IMG/VR virus record: IMGVR_UViG_3300032322_001160
Location: 1 to 57,647 of that record
Origin: a virus
Taxonomy: Duplodnaviria; Caudoviricetes
Direction: 5' to 3' (one strand)
DNA: 57,647 bases
Shown here: piece by piece, positions 45,862 through 54,875 of the stretch
How the letters are laid out: the number at the start of each line of letters is the position of its first letter
How positions within the stretch are numbered: the stretch's first letter is position 1
Program-made: the position numbers and the translations under genes
Notes under the pieces: model-generated
Told to the model about the DNA's origin: nothing
Seen by the model: the letters and a program-made list of their open reading frames with translations, nothing else
Database searches by the model: none

Positions 45862-47313
45862 ATGGATGAATTTTTACAACGATACCCCTACAAGAACAAG
45901 CCCTTCCTGCATCAGGAGGCCTATCTGACTAGGTTTTGGAATAAGCAAGTGGCCGCTCTCTTTTCAGAGATGGGCACAGGCAAGAGCTTTATGTTGATCA
46001 ATAACTTGGCAATGTTGTATGACCAAGGACAGGTTAATGCGGCGTTGGTGATTGCGCCGAAGGGTGTGTACCGTAACTGGATGGACACAGAGATACCCAA
46101 GCATATGCCAGAACACATCGTGTATCGAATGGCGCTGTGGACCCCGTCTCCAAAGAAAGCAGAAAGAGAAGCGTTAGACAGAATGTTCGAGATCAGTGAG
46201 GACTTAAAAATCCTCATCATGAACGTGGAAGCTTTATCCACGGAAAAAGGCGTGAAATTCGCGAGTAGGTACTTACTTGCACATGACGCTTTTATGGCGA
46301 TCGATGAATCGACCACGATCAAAACGCATACGGCGGCACGGGCAAAGAACGCGACGAAGATTGGCAAGCAGGCCAAGTACAAGCGCATCATGACCGGCTC
46401 GCCAGTGACGAAGAACCCGTTGGACTTGTTCCAGCAGTGTGTGTTCCTTGATCCGCGATGCTTGGGGCATGACAGCTTTTACACGTTTCAAGCGCGCTAT
46501 GCGGTGATGCAGGAGCGGCAGTTAGCGACGCATACGTTTAAGCAGATTCTGGGCTTTCGGCATTTAGAGGAATTAAGGGAGAAACTGGATCGCTTTAGCT
46601 TTCGGGTGACGAAGGACGAGTGTCTGGACTTGCCTGATAAGTTGTACGTGAAGCGGGAGGTAGACTTAACGGAAGAGCAGGCCAAGGCGTACAAGGAGAT
46701 GCGGCTGATGGCGTTGGCATTGTTTCGGGAGGGCGAGGTATCCACGGTGAACGCGCTGACCCAGATCATGCGTCTGCATCAGATCGTCTGCGGGCATGTG
46801 AAGCTGGATAACGGGACGGTGCTGGACTTGCCGAACAACCGGATCAAGGAGTTGATGAGCATTGTCGAGGAGTCGGATGGCAAGATGATCATCTGGGCCA
46901 ATTACCGACATGACATCGAGGCGATCAAGCTGGCTTTATCCTCTGTCTACGGGATGAACTCGGCGGCGGCGTACTACGGTGAGACGGAAACGGACAAACG
47001 GCAGGAGATCGTCAACGACTTCCAAGACCCGAACAACCCCCTACGGTTCTTCATTGGCAACCCGACCACGGGTGGGTACGGCCTGACGCTGACGGCGGCA
47101 AATCTAGTGGTGTACTACAGCAATTCATTCGATCTGGAGAAGCGCCTTCAATCGGAAGACCGGGCGCACCGGATCGGCCAGACCAAGAACGTGACCTACA
47201 TCGACCTGATCTGCCCCGGTACGGTGGACGAGAAGATCGTTAAATCCTTGCGCGACAAAATTAACATCGCCACTCAGGTGATGGGAGAGGAACTAAAATC
47301 ATGGCTAATTTGA
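45862..47313 (+). CDS. SNF2-like superfamily 2 helicase
   Basis: EMGTGKS, IDES, MTGSP, GGYGLTLTAA, QSEDRAHRIGQ. Confidence 0.93.
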   Translation: MDEFLQRYPYKNKPFLHQEAYLTRFWNKQVAALFSEMGTGKSFMLINNLAMLYDQGQVNAALVIAPKGVYRNWMDTEIPKHMPEHIVYRMALWTPSPKKAEREALDRMFEISEDLKILIMNVEALSTEKGVKFASRYLLAHDAFMAIDESTTIKTHTAARAKNATKIGKQAKYKRIMTGSPVTKNPLDLFQQCVFLDPRCLGHDSFYTFQARYAVMQERQLATHTFKQILGFRHLEELREKLDRFSFRVTKDECLDLPDKLYVKREVDLTEEQAKAYKEMRLMALALFREGEVSTVNALTQIMRLHQIVCGHVKLDNGTVLDLPNNRIKELMSIVEESDGKMIIWANYRHDIEAIKLALSSVYGMNSAAAYYGETETDKRQEIVNDFQDPNNPLRFFIGNPTTGGYGLTLTAANLVVYYSNSFDLEKRLQSEDRAHRIGQTKNVTYIDLICPGTVDEKIVKSLRDKINIATQVMGEELKSWLI

Positions 47314-47993
47314 TCCCCGTCAAGAACCTGTACACCTACGAGCGCCTAGAGCGTATCGAGACGCCCAAAGGACGCACGTATCGTCGGGGAGAGGAGACGC
47401 CGGTCTACAGCGTCACCAACATTCTTGACAAAACGAAAGATAAGACCACGCTGGACGCTTGGGTGGCGCGAGTAGGGGCCGAGGAAGCGGAAAGAATCAA
47501 GAATAACGCCGCTCACGTGGGAACTGCCATGCATTTCGTCATTGAAAGATTCCTAGAGGGAACGGCATTACCTCCTGCGGAGGATTGGCTGCAACTACGG
47601 GGCTATGAAATGGGCCACCGGTTGATCAATCAGCACTTCGATTCGTTGGAGGAGGTGTGGGGGTCAGAGGTGCCTTTGTACTATCCCGGCAAGTATGCGG
47701 GGACGACTGACTTGGTGGGCGTGTTCCGTGGGAAACCGGCCATTGTGGACTTCAAACAAAGCCTGAAACCCAAGCGCTATGAATGGATCACGGACTACTT
47801 CCACCAGCTTGCCGCGTATGCCATGGCACACGACATCCTGCACGGCACAGACATCAACTTCGGGGTGGTGCTGATCGCGGTACAGGATGGCTCGACGCAG
47901 GAATTTACGACTACAGGCCGTGATTTCGAGCGTCAAAAGAAGGAGTGGATGGACCGGGTGGAGAAGTTTCTGACTAAACTTTCCGAAACCTAG
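47301..47993 (+). CDS. PD-(D/E)XK exonuclease (MGME1/Cas4-like)
   Basis: YSVTNIL, GTAMH, YAGTTDL, IVDFKQS, QLAAYA. Confidence 0.85.
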   Translation: MANLIPVKNLYTYERLERIETPKGRTYRRGEETPVYSVTNILDKTKDKTTLDAWVARVGAEEAERIKNNAAHVGTAMHFVIERFLEGTALPPAEDWLQLRGYEMGHRLINQHFDSLEEVWGSEVPLYYPGKYAGTTDLVGVFRGKPAIVDFKQSLKPKRYEWITDYFHQLAAYAMAHDILHGTDINFGVVLIAVQDGSTQEFTTTGRDFERQKKEWMDRVEKFLTKLSET

Positions 47994-48213
47994 CGGTCTT
48001 CTTGGCAATGCGTTTTGGCTGCGCGACGAACTGCTTGCCAGCCTTCTTGCCTGCCCGTTTTGCCCGTGTCGTAGCAAGATAATCTTCTGGACTCAGGGCC
48101 TTGATGGCCTTCTCTGGCAGGTAACGCTCGCCGGTTACAGAAGAAGGCTTGCCACTTTTTGTGGTCCATTTCTGCTTGCCCCATGCTTTCAGGCTTAACT
48201 GAGGCTTCTTCAT
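47974..48213 (-). CDS. Small basic protein (DUF5872-like)
   Basis: LKAWGKQKWTTKSGK..GERYLP..KQFV.QPK. Confidence 0.7.
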   Translation of the reverse strand: MKKPQLSLKAWGKQKWTTKSGKPSSVTGERYLPEKAIKALSPEDYLATTRAKRAGKKAGKQFVAQPKRIAKKTARFRKV

Positions 48214-48398
48214 TTATAGCCCCCACCCGCTTCCTTGTACTTCTTTGCCAGAAGCTGAGCTTTACGGGCGGACCAAGTCCCTGCTGCAGTGCCCTGCACG
48301 GCGGAGGCCTTGATCTGCTCAAACAGACGCTTGCGCATCGTCGGCTTAGTGTAGTTGCCTGCCTGATTGACCTTCGACTTCGTGGGCTTGGTTGCCAT
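48210..48398 (-). CDS. Small basic protein (DUF5872-like)
   Basis: NYTKPTMRKRLF..WSARKAQ..YK..GGGYK; ATGA-coupled. Confidence 0.7.
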   Translation of the reverse strand: MATKPTKSKVNQAGNYTKPTMRKRLFEQIKASAVQGTAAGTWSARKAQLLAKKYKEAGGGYK

Positions 48399-48406
48399 GC
48401 CGCCTC

Positions 48407-51400
48407 CTACTGGATAGTGGTGTCAAACGGGAACAAGCGCTTCAACGCCTCACGACTGCTACTACCTCCCGCTCCACCAGCAGCGGGCCGTGGGCCGAGA
48501 GGCGCGGGACCTCCTCCGCCAATATTCAACCCCGGCACCCCACGTGTGGGTGCTGTGGCAGGTTGGCGACGTGGCGCAAAAGTACGCACGGGCTCTGGCG
48601 CTTGGACCATGGGCTCTGGTGCGGGCTCCTGAAAGCGCTCGTAGTTCAGCCCTGCTGCCGTCAAGTAGGCATGCATCTGACGGGATAGTTGAAGCTGTTC
48701 ACCCTCTGTACGACCTTTGCGCAACAGCAGCGCCATCATCTGTGGGTCCTTCGTCGCCTCTTCGATGATCCCACGCACCATCAGCATGGGCGACTTATCG
48801 AAGATTTGACGCATGTATTTCGAACCGGCGGAGGCAGCAATCAGAGACCCCGGACCGCCACCGGATACACCAGTACCAATCCGTGAACCGACTACACGCA
48901 GTGCCAGTTCGGTTGCGGCATCTGCGCCTTGGAGGACGCCTTCCATCAACTGACGATCGCCGAGCGACTGCTCAACCTTTAACATCGGATCGATGATTCG
49001 CTTGAGGTTTTTACCCTCCGTCAAAGTCATCAGGCCTTGCGAGCGCATGATGTTGTAGATCGAAGGCTCACCTCTGGCAATCGGATCAAAGAAGGCCTTC
49101 TCAAACGCCTGTGGGCTAAAGCCTTTGTCACCCCCGGCTTTAGTAAATGCGTAGTCATACAGACTGGACTTTAAGCCGTTGACCGCGTCAGGACCCCCAG
49201 CCTTTGCCAGTTGCGTTATCCGCGAAAAGCTTCTAACCGGAAACTTACTGTTCAAGGCATCTGCAATTGCCATCGTCGGCGATTCAAACTTAACCACCTG
49301 TGCAAAGGCAGTCTGATCGCGCAGCGACTTTTGCATGAAACTATTGCCGTTCAACGTGGCCTTCAACGCATTTTCGGCTTTGACTACGTCTGTCAGATCG
49401 CTCGTGATCTGCAGCTTGTCCAAAAGCGGTCTACGCTTCTCGACAAAACGACTCAAGCGCGTCACGCTCACACGACCTGTGTTTGGGTCAATCGTTTCTG
49501 CCGCAGCAAGACGGAGAATCCGCTCCTGCGCATCACGAATCGACACTACACGCTCTGCGGACAAGTCAGCCAAGGGCTTTAACGAAAGGGCTTGTTGACT
49601 GCGTTTGCCAAACTTATTGACGGCGTCTGTGTACTCTCTGCCCAACATGCCCACAGCATCTTCAATGTCCGCCATGCGCATTGCGGCCAGATCATTGTTG
49701 GCACCGAACGCGCGCTGTACCAGAACTTCTGGCGGATAAGCCAACGCGCCGCTACTCTTCTTGCCAAGCATCTCACCGGCAAAGCTACGGGTGTAGTAGT
49801 CGTTCAGTACGCGGGAGAAGTCACGCGCCTCATCCAACTTTGTAGACTTGATCTTGGACAGGTCTTGCAACATGCCGTCTGCAAGAGACCCGTAGAAGCG
49901 CGCTTCAGCGTTCTCGCCTTTGATAGAGGCTTGGCGAGACAGGTCAAGTAAGTTAGAGCGCAAGTTAACTAAGTTGGGTACTTCCATCTCAGTTAACTTA
50001 GGCATATTGCGGTCTGGGATTTTCCCGGTTTCCGCATAGTCTGGGTGATAACGACCACGACGATAGGTGAAGATCGCCGCGTCATCTACCCCCATCTGTT
50101 TCATTACATCCTTAACCAACTTAGGCACCGTGTTTTTATACACGGCAGGGTCTAGTTTGATGACCTCATCCAAGAAGTTTCGAACCGTATTCTCTGGTTC
50201 AATGGTTTTATAGACCAGTGGACGAACGCCTCGTACAGCACCGCCTTTTCCTACAGGTTTTTCAAATTCCTTTGATACGCGATCCCACAGGAATCGCTCA
50301 TGCTTACGGGCGTCTGACAGCGACTCGTAAGTCGCATCACGAACAATCGCACCGATCTGTTGACGTGCTTCTGGCGTGTCTTTGGTGATGCCACGAATCT
50401 TCTGCGCAGCATTCGCAAGAGCGATGCCCTGACGATTTTCCAGCATGGCCTCAAAGGCCTCGTTACGCAGTTGGGCAGCAGCACGTAGCGCCTGTGGCGT
50501 TCCAACATTGTCCAAGTTCTGGGCAAGTAGCTGGTACGCCAAGAGCGTCTTTCTGCCCTGTTCAGCCAGTTCACCACCGTACTTCGCATTCTCTCGGGCA
50601 AGCGTGTTCTCTAGGATACTGAGAGAACGAATGCCAGTTTTCTGCCCCGCACTAGGCTGTGCACCCCGTGGGACGTTGGCTTCCAGCGAACGAATGACTT
50701 TGTCGATGTCTTCGCCAGAGTCTTGCAAAATGGAATACAGCTTGTTCGCGGCACGAGCCTCACGCGCATCTCTTGAGAAGGATGCCCCGATATTGCCCAT
50801 CAAGTCCTTGGCAGAACCTATGTGGATGAACAGCCGAGAAGGAGCGAGTACGCCACCGGCGATCTCCGAAGCAAGACGAACACCGGGTCTACCGGGGGCT
50901 TCTGATTCGGCAATGCCACCACCTAATCCAGCACCTGCGCCAGAAATCGTTTCTGCAGCAAGGAAGGACTTCGGATAGTTCTGGGCCGTTCTGCCCATGC
51001 CTGCGAGCACGTCAGTGAAAAAGCGCGAAGTACGGGCTGCGCCTTCCATGCCAAACTTAGCCGCAGTAGGCTCAACCAGACGGATTGCGTTGGACAAGCG
51101 CTCTGCTTGTGTATACGGAATGTTGAAAGCAATCGGCGCAAGGGCAATGGTGTCACCGAAGGTCTTGCCACCTTCACGGTAAGGCACGAGGTCTTGACGC
51201 GCTACGCCGGGGAACTTGATGTCTAGTTCGTTACTTAAAAAGTCACCTACGATAGCCCCGGTGATAGTCCCGGTCACTGCGCCCAAAGGAGGTATAAGAG
51301 GGGCATACGGGCCCGCCGCAGGGGCAGCAAATAATCCCGCACGGAAGCCAGCAATCCCGCCTGTCACGGCAGGCGAAGTACGCGAAACGCCTTCTAAAAG

Positions 51401-51634
51401 ACCATAACCCACTTCGGTGGCTTTTTCGCCAACCGTAGGCTCTCCTGCACCAGAAAGTGATTCGACCGCCTCGGGCATCCCCGTAATAGGATTAAGCGCG
51501 CCTTCCGCAGCACCTGTACGAGGAGCGACAACCCCCGGAGGAGGTCTGCCTGACAGGATTTCAGAAGCACGACTGCCCCCGCCGGGAGCAGACAAAGCAT
51601 TTAATTGCTTCTGAACTTCATCTTCTGCTGCCAT
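48407..51634 (-). CDS. Large helical putative ejection/internal virion protein
   Basis: 1075 aa; Gly/Ala hydrophobic N-terminal segments, helical body; last of four large genes typical of a podovirus ejection cluster. Confidence 0.6.
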   Translation of the reverse strand: MAAEDEVQKQLNALSAPGGGSRASEILSGRPPPGVVAPRTGAAEGALNPITGMPEAVESLSGAGEPTVGEKATEVGYGLLEGVSRTSPAVTGGIAGFRAGLFAAPAAGPYAPLIPPLGAVTGTITGAIVGDFLSNELDIKFPGVARQDLVPYREGGKTFGDTIALAPIAFNIPYTQAERLSNAIRLVEPTAAKFGMEGAARTSRFFTDVLAGMGRTAQNYPKSFLAAETISGAGAGLGGGIAESEAPGRPGVRLASEIAGGVLAPSRLFIHIGSAKDLMGNIGASFSRDAREARAANKLYSILQDSGEDIDKVIRSLEANVPRGAQPSAGQKTGIRSLSILENTLARENAKYGGELAEQGRKTLLAYQLLAQNLDNVGTPQALRAAAQLRNEAFEAMLENRQGIALANAAQKIRGITKDTPEARQQIGAIVRDATYESLSDARKHERFLWDRVSKEFEKPVGKGGAVRGVRPLVYKTIEPENTVRNFLDEVIKLDPAVYKNTVPKLVKDVMKQMGVDDAAIFTYRRGRYHPDYAETGKIPDRNMPKLTEMEVPNLVNLRSNLLDLSRQASIKGENAEARFYGSLADGMLQDLSKIKSTKLDEARDFSRVLNDYYTRSFAGEMLGKKSSGALAYPPEVLVQRAFGANNDLAAMRMADIEDAVGMLGREYTDAVNKFGKRSQQALSLKPLADLSAERVVSIRDAQERILRLAAAETIDPNTGRVSVTRLSRFVEKRRPLLDKLQITSDLTDVVKAENALKATLNGNSFMQKSLRDQTAFAQVVKFESPTMAIADALNSKFPVRSFSRITQLAKAGGPDAVNGLKSSLYDYAFTKAGGDKGFSPQAFEKAFFDPIARGEPSIYNIMRSQGLMTLTEGKNLKRIIDPMLKVEQSLGDRQLMEGVLQGADAATELALRVVGSRIGTGVSGGGPGSLIAASAGSKYMRQIFDKSPMLMVRGIIEEATKDPQMMALLLRKGRTEGEQLQLSRQMHAYLTAAGLNYERFQEPAPEPMVQAPEPVRTFAPRRQPATAPTRGVPGLNIGGGGPAPLGPRPAAGGAGGSSSREALKRLFPFDTTIQ

Positions 51635-53634
51635 TACTCTGCCCCTTTAGTTACTCGCAGATCAGAACCATTCCACAGGAAAGGTGTTCCCGGAGGGCTC
51701 TTCTTCGTAAAGTCTTGGAGTGCTTTAATCGTATAAAGTTTAGGTGGAACACCCAGCTTCGGCAAGAAGTTCTGGATTGTTGTAACGATCTTAGTATGTT
51801 CTTTGCGCTGATCCACAGGCAGGTTGGCATTTGAGGCATTTGCCTGTGCATCCGTTAAGCGCTTAGTTAGATAAGCATCAATACCGATCAGCTTATTACG
51901 AAGCTTCGCCGGATCGTCAAAGAAACGAGGGTCAAGATCGAGTTCTTTTTCAATCGCCGAACGCTCTCCTTGTGCGTACACAGGGCTGTTCTGCAAGGTC
52001 TTAACCAATTCACGGTAGTCACCAAGATAACGTGCGCGCGCCTGAGTCACATCGGCACCCACATTACCAAAGCCCGGCACACTAGAGATCACGTCCTTTG
52101 CTGCAGGAATGGGACCCGTCAATACGGGCGTCAACTCCCATATGGTACGCTCTCTGGCAGGCTGCTTTGTCGGAGCCGTGGTCACCGGTGCGGCTTCACG
52201 GGCAGGCGCTGCTGCTCCGGGAGCCGTGGTCACTGGAGCTTCACTCACCGGTGCGGCTTCACTCACAGGCGCTGCTTCACCCTTTTTGCCCTTACCCTTA
52301 CCCGGTGTTGCAGGCAATGGGATGTTCTCGCGCAGCTTTATCGCATTGCTGACGAAGTCTGGGATTGGCGGACGACGTGTTTCAAGGTTCCCTGTGAAGG
52401 GGTTAGTAATGTAAGTAGGCTCAGAGATGATGGCGTACGAGCTTTTGAATCGACGATCATTCTCTGGCGTCAATTTACCCGCAGCATAATCAGGTGCAAA
52501 GCGCGTAATAAAGTTCCACGCCGCACCCTTTACGCCAGAGCCAAAGCCCTGTCCCCTTGCTGCCGCTTTGACGATGTCGCCCGACAGCTTGCGCTGCTCT
52601 GAGATCAACTTGAAGTTGTAGTCGCGGACCAGTGCGATATCTTTCTCGCCTGCCTGCAACGCCAGCAGTTTTGCCTCGCGCTGTCCTTTTGCCAGTTCGC
52701 CCGCACGTGCGCCAATCAATGCCGGTACGTTACGTATACCGGCTGCAATACGTGCAATCGGCGAGACGTTGCCACGGATGCGATTGCCCTCGGCGTCCAC
52801 GCCTGCTGCAACATTCAACGCGCCCTGCGCAATGTCAAACAACATCTGCGCTTGTATGGCTTCTTTGTCCGCGCCCAGTAAACGCTGATACGTTGGAAGA
52901 CGTGCCGCCATGGCGCTTTCAAGTGACGGCAGTCGTTGCTGCTGTGTCGCCAGCAGGTCCACCACGTCTTGTTGGGCTTTAGCAACCAACTCAGGAGGGT
53001 AGAAGGCTTGTTGCCCACTTAAATCGACAGGGGTCACGCCCTCCTCACCGGACCCTTCTTGAAAATGCTGAACAATTCCTCCGTCCTTCATGGCAATCGG
53101 AGCTTGTTGTTCAGCGGCTGCAGGCAACGATCCAATACCGCCCGGAGGGGGTGCCTCAGGCATTGGCATTGGAGGCGCGGTCTGTGGCCCTTGAGCCATG
53201 GCCGCTAAGTCGGCAACCCCGCCTGCTGGTGCTGCCATCGGATTCGCTTGTGCAGGCATTGCCATCTGCGGTGGCGGCTGCACCATCGCGCCTTGTTGCG
53301 CCAATACGGGCTGCAACAGCGCCAAGACCTCTGTCGGTGTTTCCGACGCAGCGCGATAGCCGACGAGGTCTGCGAGTTCTTCAACACGCGCGTCTACTGA
53401 ACGCATGTCGCCGCGAAGATTGTTCATGAGGATTTCAGGCGAATCAGGACGACGGTCCATCATCTTGCCCATCTCCATTTCATCCTCGTCGTCATCCTCT
53501 TCTTCCATGTCATCCATCATGGATACCTGATCCATGAAGCCCTGCATGATGCCGACGTTATTCACGTCCTCAGGGGGAACGGGAGGCCCTTTCTTCTTGA
53601 ACATAGGCCTGTCAATTACTTTCGATTTCATCAT
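51634..53634 (-). CDS. Putative ejection/internal virion protein
   Basis: DRPMFK N-terminus, Met/Pro-rich linker, MKDGGIV motif, AAPVSE/AAPVTT repeats. Confidence 0.6.
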   Translation of the reverse strand: MMKSKVIDRPMFKKKGPPVPPEDVNNVGIMQGFMDQVSMMDDMEEEDDDEDEMEMGKMMDRRPDSPEILMNNLRGDMRSVDARVEELADLVGYRAASETPTEVLALLQPVLAQQGAMVQPPPQMAMPAQANPMAAPAGGVADLAAMAQGPQTAPPMPMPEAPPPGGIGSLPAAAEQQAPIAMKDGGIVQHFQEGSGEEGVTPVDLSGQQAFYPPELVAKAQQDVVDLLATQQQRLPSLESAMAARLPTYQRLLGADKEAIQAQMLFDIAQGALNVAAGVDAEGNRIRGNVSPIARIAAGIRNVPALIGARAGELAKGQREAKLLALQAGEKDIALVRDYNFKLISEQRKLSGDIVKAAARGQGFGSGVKGAAWNFITRFAPDYAAGKLTPENDRRFKSSYAIISEPTYITNPFTGNLETRRPPIPDFVSNAIKLRENIPLPATPGKGKGKKGEAAPVSEAAPVSEAPVTTAPGAAAPAREAAPVTTAPTKQPARERTIWELTPVLTGPIPAAKDVISSVPGFGNVGADVTQARARYLGDYRELVKTLQNSPVYAQGERSAIEKELDLDPRFFDDPAKLRNKLIGIDAYLTKRLTDAQANASNANLPVDQRKEHTKIVTTIQNFLPKLGVPPKLYTIKALQDFTKKSPPGTPFLWNGSDLRVTKGAE

Positions 53635-53639
53635 TCCTC

Positions 53640-54872
53640 CTAGAACAAGCCTGCCCTTTTAGCCCCTGCAGCCGCACTGACGCCTGCAATACCCGTAGAT
53701 ACTGCCGACATCAACGGACTAGGCGACGGCGATGTAGTAGACGTGAGTGCCGTCTGACTACCCGGCGTCTTCGACAAAATATCCGACTGGAAGGAGAGCA
53801 ACTGGAACGGCAAGAAGGCTTCCTGTGTCTTTGTTGCCCGCAGCGCATCCAAACGTGCTTGCTGCAACGCCTGCTCCTGTGCGCCAATCTGTCCCATGAG
53901 TGCAATATCGCCCTGACTGAGTTGCTGCTGCAACGCTGCCAGATTGCCGCGCTGACCGGCCTGTTGCGCAAGCTGGGAACCCATTCCGCCCAAGGCAGAA
54001 CCTTGTTGCAGACCAAACTGACCCTGCTGCAATCCGAGACTGCCAATGCCCTGACCAAGCTGGCCGTAGATATTGGCTTGGTTACCCAAGATGTTTGCCT
54101 GCTGCCCTGCGATCTGCGAAGGCAACAAGCTCATCTGACCCAAGGCTTGCGCGGCAGCAAGTTGACGCTGCTGCTGCGACTCAAAGCCTTGTTGCGCGGC
54201 CTGTTGTGCTTGAAGATAGTTCTGTGAGTAGTCCTGCAGAATGCGCTGGCCCATGACATCCATCAAGCCCCGCTCCATCTCTGCGCGCTGCACCCCTTCA
54301 CGTGTACCACCAAAGGCACCTGTACGAACAGCTTGTGCCGCTTGCCCTTGAGCCGCGATGTCTGATTGCCGCTGCATTTCACGCAGGGCATTGGCCGTTA
54401 CCTGCTGCTGGTACGGGTTCATGAAGGCCGCAGCTTGCGAAGGATCGTAGCCAGTTGCTGCACCGGGCAACATTGCAGCCGCAGCGCCCGCCGCAGGCAA
54501 GCCCTGTCCTGCTGTGTTTGCCAACGCGCCTAAGTTACCTGCTGCACCCGCACCTGCCTGATACGCACCATAAGCGGCGCTCAGAGGCTGAGAGATGTTC
54601 AGTCCAGCAATGCCTTGTGCAGCCTGTTGGGTTAGGCCCTGCCCCGCAACCATTCCTTTTTCTGCTTCTGTCAGAAGCGGCTGGTAAGCACCGATGCCTT
54701 GTTCGGCTAGGGCCTTGGCCTGAAGCTGTCCTTCACCCAGACCGGCAACCTCGTATCCCGGTATCGAGATCGGTTTGGATACCTGTCTTTCTGCCGTTTT
54801 AAGAAGGGCAAGTCGCGCCTTTTCTATCTCAGGCGCTTCCTGAATTGTTTGTACCTGATATTCAGTTGCCAT
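53640..54872 (-). CDS. Gln/Ala/Gly-rich DNA pilot/ejection-type protein
   Basis: FMNPYQQQV..GAFGGTR motif and C-terminal PSP..G hydrophobic tail. Confidence 0.65.
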   Translation of the reverse strand: MATEYQVQTIQEAPEIEKARLALLKTAERQVSKPISIPGYEVAGLGEGQLQAKALAEQGIGAYQPLLTEAEKGMVAGQGLTQQAAQGIAGLNISQPLSAAYGAYQAGAGAAGNLGALANTAGQGLPAAGAAAAMLPGAATGYDPSQAAAFMNPYQQQVTANALREMQRQSDIAAQGQAAQAVRTGAFGGTREGVQRAEMERGLMDVMGQRILQDYSQNYLQAQQAAQQGFESQQQRQLAAAQALGQMSLLPSQIAGQQANILGNQANIYGQLGQGIGSLGLQQGQFGLQQGSALGGMGSQLAQQAGQRGNLAALQQQLSQGDIALMGQIGAQEQALQQARLDALRATKTQEAFLPFQLLSFQSDILSKTPGSQTALTSTTSPSPSPLMSAVSTGIAGVSAAAGAKRAGLF

Positions 54873-54875
54873 GAC

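Noticed and set aside
52170-52280. AAPVSE/AAPVTT tandem repeats, and the similar AAGAxDEAAA repeats near 55920-56050
   Set aside because: Ordinary in-frame low-complexity linker expansions
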